Below are positions 50,339 through 54,160 of a DNA stretch of 54,160 nt, in pieces. The notes beneath the pieces are model-generated. The model did no database searches. It worked only from the letters and a program-made list of their open reading frames with translations, and was not told where the DNA came from. The DNA lies in contig KZ538143.1 in NCBI GenBank assembly GCA_000934665.2, positions 62,001 to 116,160 of the forward strand, read 5' to 3'. The translations under genes were made by a program, and so were the position numbers. The stretch's first letter is position 1. Each line of letters begins with the position of its first letter. This DNA comes from Catajapyx aquilonaris (lineage: Eukaryota).

Positions 50339-50865
50339 CAGGAAGTCCCCAGTCTATGAACAGGGTTATGTTCCTGAAAATGTCCATAAGTCGGATTTGT
50401 TTGTAACTCGGATCCCTGAGGAACATAGCATGCATGCAGCATAAAGATGCTGTTCCAGCGAACCATTTATGTCGTGTGTCTGTTTACATGAGTGGAAGAA
50501 CATAGTTTCGGAATAATTTATTAATTATACAGTATTTATGCTGAACCTGGTGTCAGTCAATGTATGCAGAAGTGATTGAAAGTGGAGGGATAATTTAAAA
50601 TTATCCTGCTGGGGAGCCTTGGGACCTTGTTTGTACGTATGGATCACCATAAGTCTGGTAGTTCATGTACTGTATAGTAATAAATAATTGGGAAACTGTT
50701 TTTCTGTGCATGTTAACCAGCACATAATATGAAGTAAGTGGTTTGTTGGAGCAGCATCTTTATGCAATTAATATACTCTGTTCCTCAGGGATCCGAGTTG
50801 TGTACAAATCCAACTTATGGTCATTTTCAGGAACGTAACCCCATTTGTAAACCAGGGATCACCTG
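50339..50865. mobile_element. Tigger/pogo-type MITE (intronic)
   Basis: About 85-bp imperfect inverted ends, TA|CAGGAAGTCCCC...GGATCCCTGAGGAACA versus TGTTCCTCAGGGATCC...GGGATCACCTG|TA. Confidence 0.8.
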
Positions 50866-51883
50866 TACTAGGGTCTATTTTTTGGCACTCTGGTTCAAAG
50901 GAAGGGTACATCATGTATGCACAGTGAATCTGTGCTTTAAAGTTACCCACCAGTATTAACACAAACAGATATTAGCGACATGCTGTGTACAGGTGCTGGC
51001 ATAGTTTGTAAGGCATCTGTCCCAAGAGTGCAACAAAATGTGGGCAGAAGTTACACCTACAACGAGTTACAAAAAGTGTTACAAGATGCCCCTGGTGAGA
51101 ATTTATGTAATAATATTTTTTATATTTATAACAATTTTAATCCCTTTTGTGGTCGGTTATGGGAATAGTTTCTGCCATACTTGCTACAACAGTGCCCCCA
51201 TGACACAAAAGGCATATTGCTAATTTTTGTTCTTGCTTTAGATTACCGTATGTAAAATAGTAACACTTTGTTATTATTCGGATGCCACTTGACCATATGT
51301 TCAAAAATGCACGTGAGCCTCCTGTCACTGATTCAACTTAAAAAGGAATGACCAAATGAATTAGTCTACTTGTCGGAAGACTGTGGCAAAACCCACAAGT
51401 TTCCTTTATCACACCTGGCAGCCATGCTTAAGATTTCCTGAACAAGGGGGGAAAAAAAGCTGCTGTGAGTTATCAGATAAGGAACATTGGTAGGAGTGAT
51501 TTGTGGTAACCCATCATGTGATTGCATGAGCAGATAAATTTTATTTTCCTCGAACTGAAAAGCAGGTCTAAAGCGCAACCAAGGAACTTGATTTTGTGGT
51601 TTTGAACGGGCGGTAGAGGTGTTATGCTTGGGCAGTGTTTGCTTGACTCACAAAAAATACTGAATTACCTTTGTTATGTTATGACGGAGTTTTTTAATAT
51701 GATGCGTCATGTTTTTCTGATGTCACTCCCCATCTGTACATCATGGTTCATCATGCTGGCATCAGTACATACACGCCTGCATACCAGTGTGATTTACTTT
51801 ATGGATGACACCTTATATACTGGTGATGCATCACTTTCTAAACCTAGTAACCACCTTAGCAGTAAATGACCCCACACATAATA

Positions 51884-52747
51884 CAGTAAAACCTGAATAT
51901 AACGCTCTTCAAGGGACCGCCCAAAAGTAGCGTTATAAGTAGGATAGCATTATACGAGGGTTGCATTTTAAATAGTGGCAACACTGCGATAGTTTCAAAG
52001 GAAAGCTTTAATTAAGAAATTATTTGTTATATACATTCCTTCAATATAGTCGTCCCCTCACTCCATGACCCATTTCCAGACAAGTGGAAGGCATTGGATG
52101 CTGTCAGCAGTGATGTTTGTTGACATCTGCCATCACCCGCCCTAAAGCATGTACCATCGCTTCAATTCTCTGGATACGTTTCTTGCACTAGTTCCTTCAC
52201 TTTAGTGAACAAAATAATCAAAATCGCAAGGGTTCATGTCTGGAGAGTAGGGAGTGTGCTTTAGCGTTTCCCATTGCCAACGAAGCAATAATTATGTCCC
52301 TGCAGCTGCGACATGGCTACGTGATAGGGCTGGTCATGGGGCTGGTGTTCAGGAAATTTGGTCGCTTGCTTCGTATTGCTGGTCTCATATGGTGTTCCTG
52401 GGCATTCTCATGGCATCTCGCCACCTCGATCTTCAACCAAAAGCTCTGTTCTAACTTTGATGGCATGGCTTGGGGCGGTGCACCAGGATATGGTCCTTTC
52501 GAACTACCCTGTCACCATCACCAGTACCACAATCTGGTCCAAACTTGACATGAACAAGCCCCACTTCTGTCTGGATCTCCGTTCTTGCGCTGAAGCCACA
52601 ACCCCGTTTCCTTGCACAAGGGGAACAGATTGCCACTACTTAAAATTCAACCCTCGTTATGCGGGAAAATTTACCTTATGGAAATTATCAAGGGACAGGG
52701 AAAAAGGGACGTTGAAAGCAGGAAAGCGTTATATCAAGGTTTTACTG
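51884..52747. mobile_element. pogo/Tigger-type TIR element flanked by TA
   Basis: TA|CAGTAAAACCTGAATATAACGCT ... AGCGTTATATCAAGGTTTTACTG|TA. Confidence 0.85.
52025..52620 (-). pseudogene. decayed mariner transposase C-terminal fragment
   Basis: The minus frames give PYSPDMNPCDFDYF (mariner YSPDLAPSD motif) and SIQCLPLVWKWVME*GDDYIE (mariner C-terminal GI..L..RW...GDY). Confidence 0.75.
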
Positions 52748-54160
52748 TAATTGCAACATGAAACAATATTAGTGAACATGGCAATGTCTATCATTGTAAC
52801 ATTACTTTTAAGAATTTGGGAGTTACTATTATCCTATTTTTAGTGCAGTCTTTTGAGGCAATTGTTCTCACCTCGTAAAAACAGGCAGTAACAATGCAAT
52901 GGAAGTGTTTGCCAGCAGAATTGTTGTGCAAATATTTGCCTCAGGACTTCCCCACAAATTAACCTAGACCTCTTGATTAGGTGTACACATACTTGGACAT
53001 ATAACCTGCTCAGCTTTTGGATGCATGCCTCAAGGTGGCCTTTGATGGCCAGCAGCCAATTTGTCCAGGATACCAGCTGGTTCAGTGAGCACAGTGTGTC
53101 AGGGAGATTAATTTATGAGCCAGTTGGGCTCTTGACTCTTCATACCTTGTGCATGGCATAATTGCATTTTACCCTTGTCGTAATATATCTAGTCACACCA
53201 TACTACTCGTGCTTCATGCAGTACCAATATAGTAAATTTTCTTCTGGCAGCCCTCATCAATTATAAAGTGTTTGATTGCTACAGCTATTGTTCAAGCTAT
53301 ATTTCATACTGCACCTCTGACGTAGTTGGATATCTGCTTCAGGCACTAGATACCAGACAATTGCATGGGGTAACTGTGGCAAAGGTCTGGCATGCCTATG
53401 AATATTATTTTGCAGCGGAGGGCAGCAATGTGTTTGCATAAGACCCCTTTCTATACTTAGCTTACATTTATGGTGGGATATAAACTGGATGACATTGTCT
53501 CTAGTCATCAGAATATCTTGACTTTGAAAAACAGTAATCGCCCGATTTGTTTTATTTCACAGCGCATTGCCCTTGAAGCACATGTTGCTTATAAAGAAAT
53601 GTAATGAACTTAGAATTTCTTCTTCAAATATTTGAAATGTGTCTACAGTGAATGATCTGTCAGAGTGTGACAACATGGGTTGTGTTCACATGGGGATCCT
53701 TTGGAGTTGCAAAGAATTTACTGACCAGGCCATCCAGCTGCAGCAGGGTCGGCCTGGAATGGTCAAGATTGTGGCCTGACTAATACCTGCTCAGTAGGAG
53801 CCCTTCCTATCATCTGCTCTCCCAGCTTCCCCTTGCAAACTACTATTAAAGTGGAGAAAACACGGAAGATACGTGAAGTAGAGAAAGTACCTACTGCTTG
53901 GCCATGGGTCAGGAGGGACTAGGGATTGAACTCACTAGATGTTGGGGCTTCTGTGAAAAAATGCACTTGCCCCCCAAATTGTTGCTTGTGTGATTGAGTG
54001 CTTCTGATTCCTGCCCGGCAGCTGGCAATGTTTCCTTGCCAAAAGTCCTGAAGATGCGCCTAATACTTGCCCAAACCCAAAATAATTCGCTCACCCTGAT
54101 ATTTCCCAGTTGAGAATATGGAAATGACGATATATAAATTAATTGCACATAAATAGGGTG

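Noticed and set aside
1..54160. Most remaining 60-100 aa ORFs in the supplied track
   Set aside because: They have lengths expected by chance, many start at non-ATG codons, and they show no splice or domain support.

Overview
Eukaryotic, AT-rich genomic DNA, most likely from an arthropod (insect), judged from spliced genes, insect-type SINEs and Tc1/mariner/pogo-type MITEs. Two host genes are supported. One is an intact three-exon MADF-BESS transcription-factor gene on the minus strand (36491-39023, about 250 aa). The other is the first coding exons of a zyxin/LPP-like gene on the plus strand (48551-49175). The dominant unexplained structure is a run of about 20 GC-richer, homopolymer-laden islands of 0.15-0.9 kb between about 2.4 and 47.2 kb, in both orientations, separated by AT-rich DNA. 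Read by eye across frameshifts and stops, many islands keep, in the right order, motifs of negative-strand RNA virus proteins: mostly rhabdovirus-like glycoprotein G ectodomains, plus possible N and L N-termini and a possible orthomyxovirus PA piece. They are mutually divergent and appear biased to the 5' part of viral genes. I interpret this as a dense archive of non-retroviral endogenous viral elements (EVEs), possibly a small-RNA-producing antiviral locus. All viral assignments are manual motif recognitions from recalled sequences and need tBLASTn/HMM confirmation; island boundaries are approximate.
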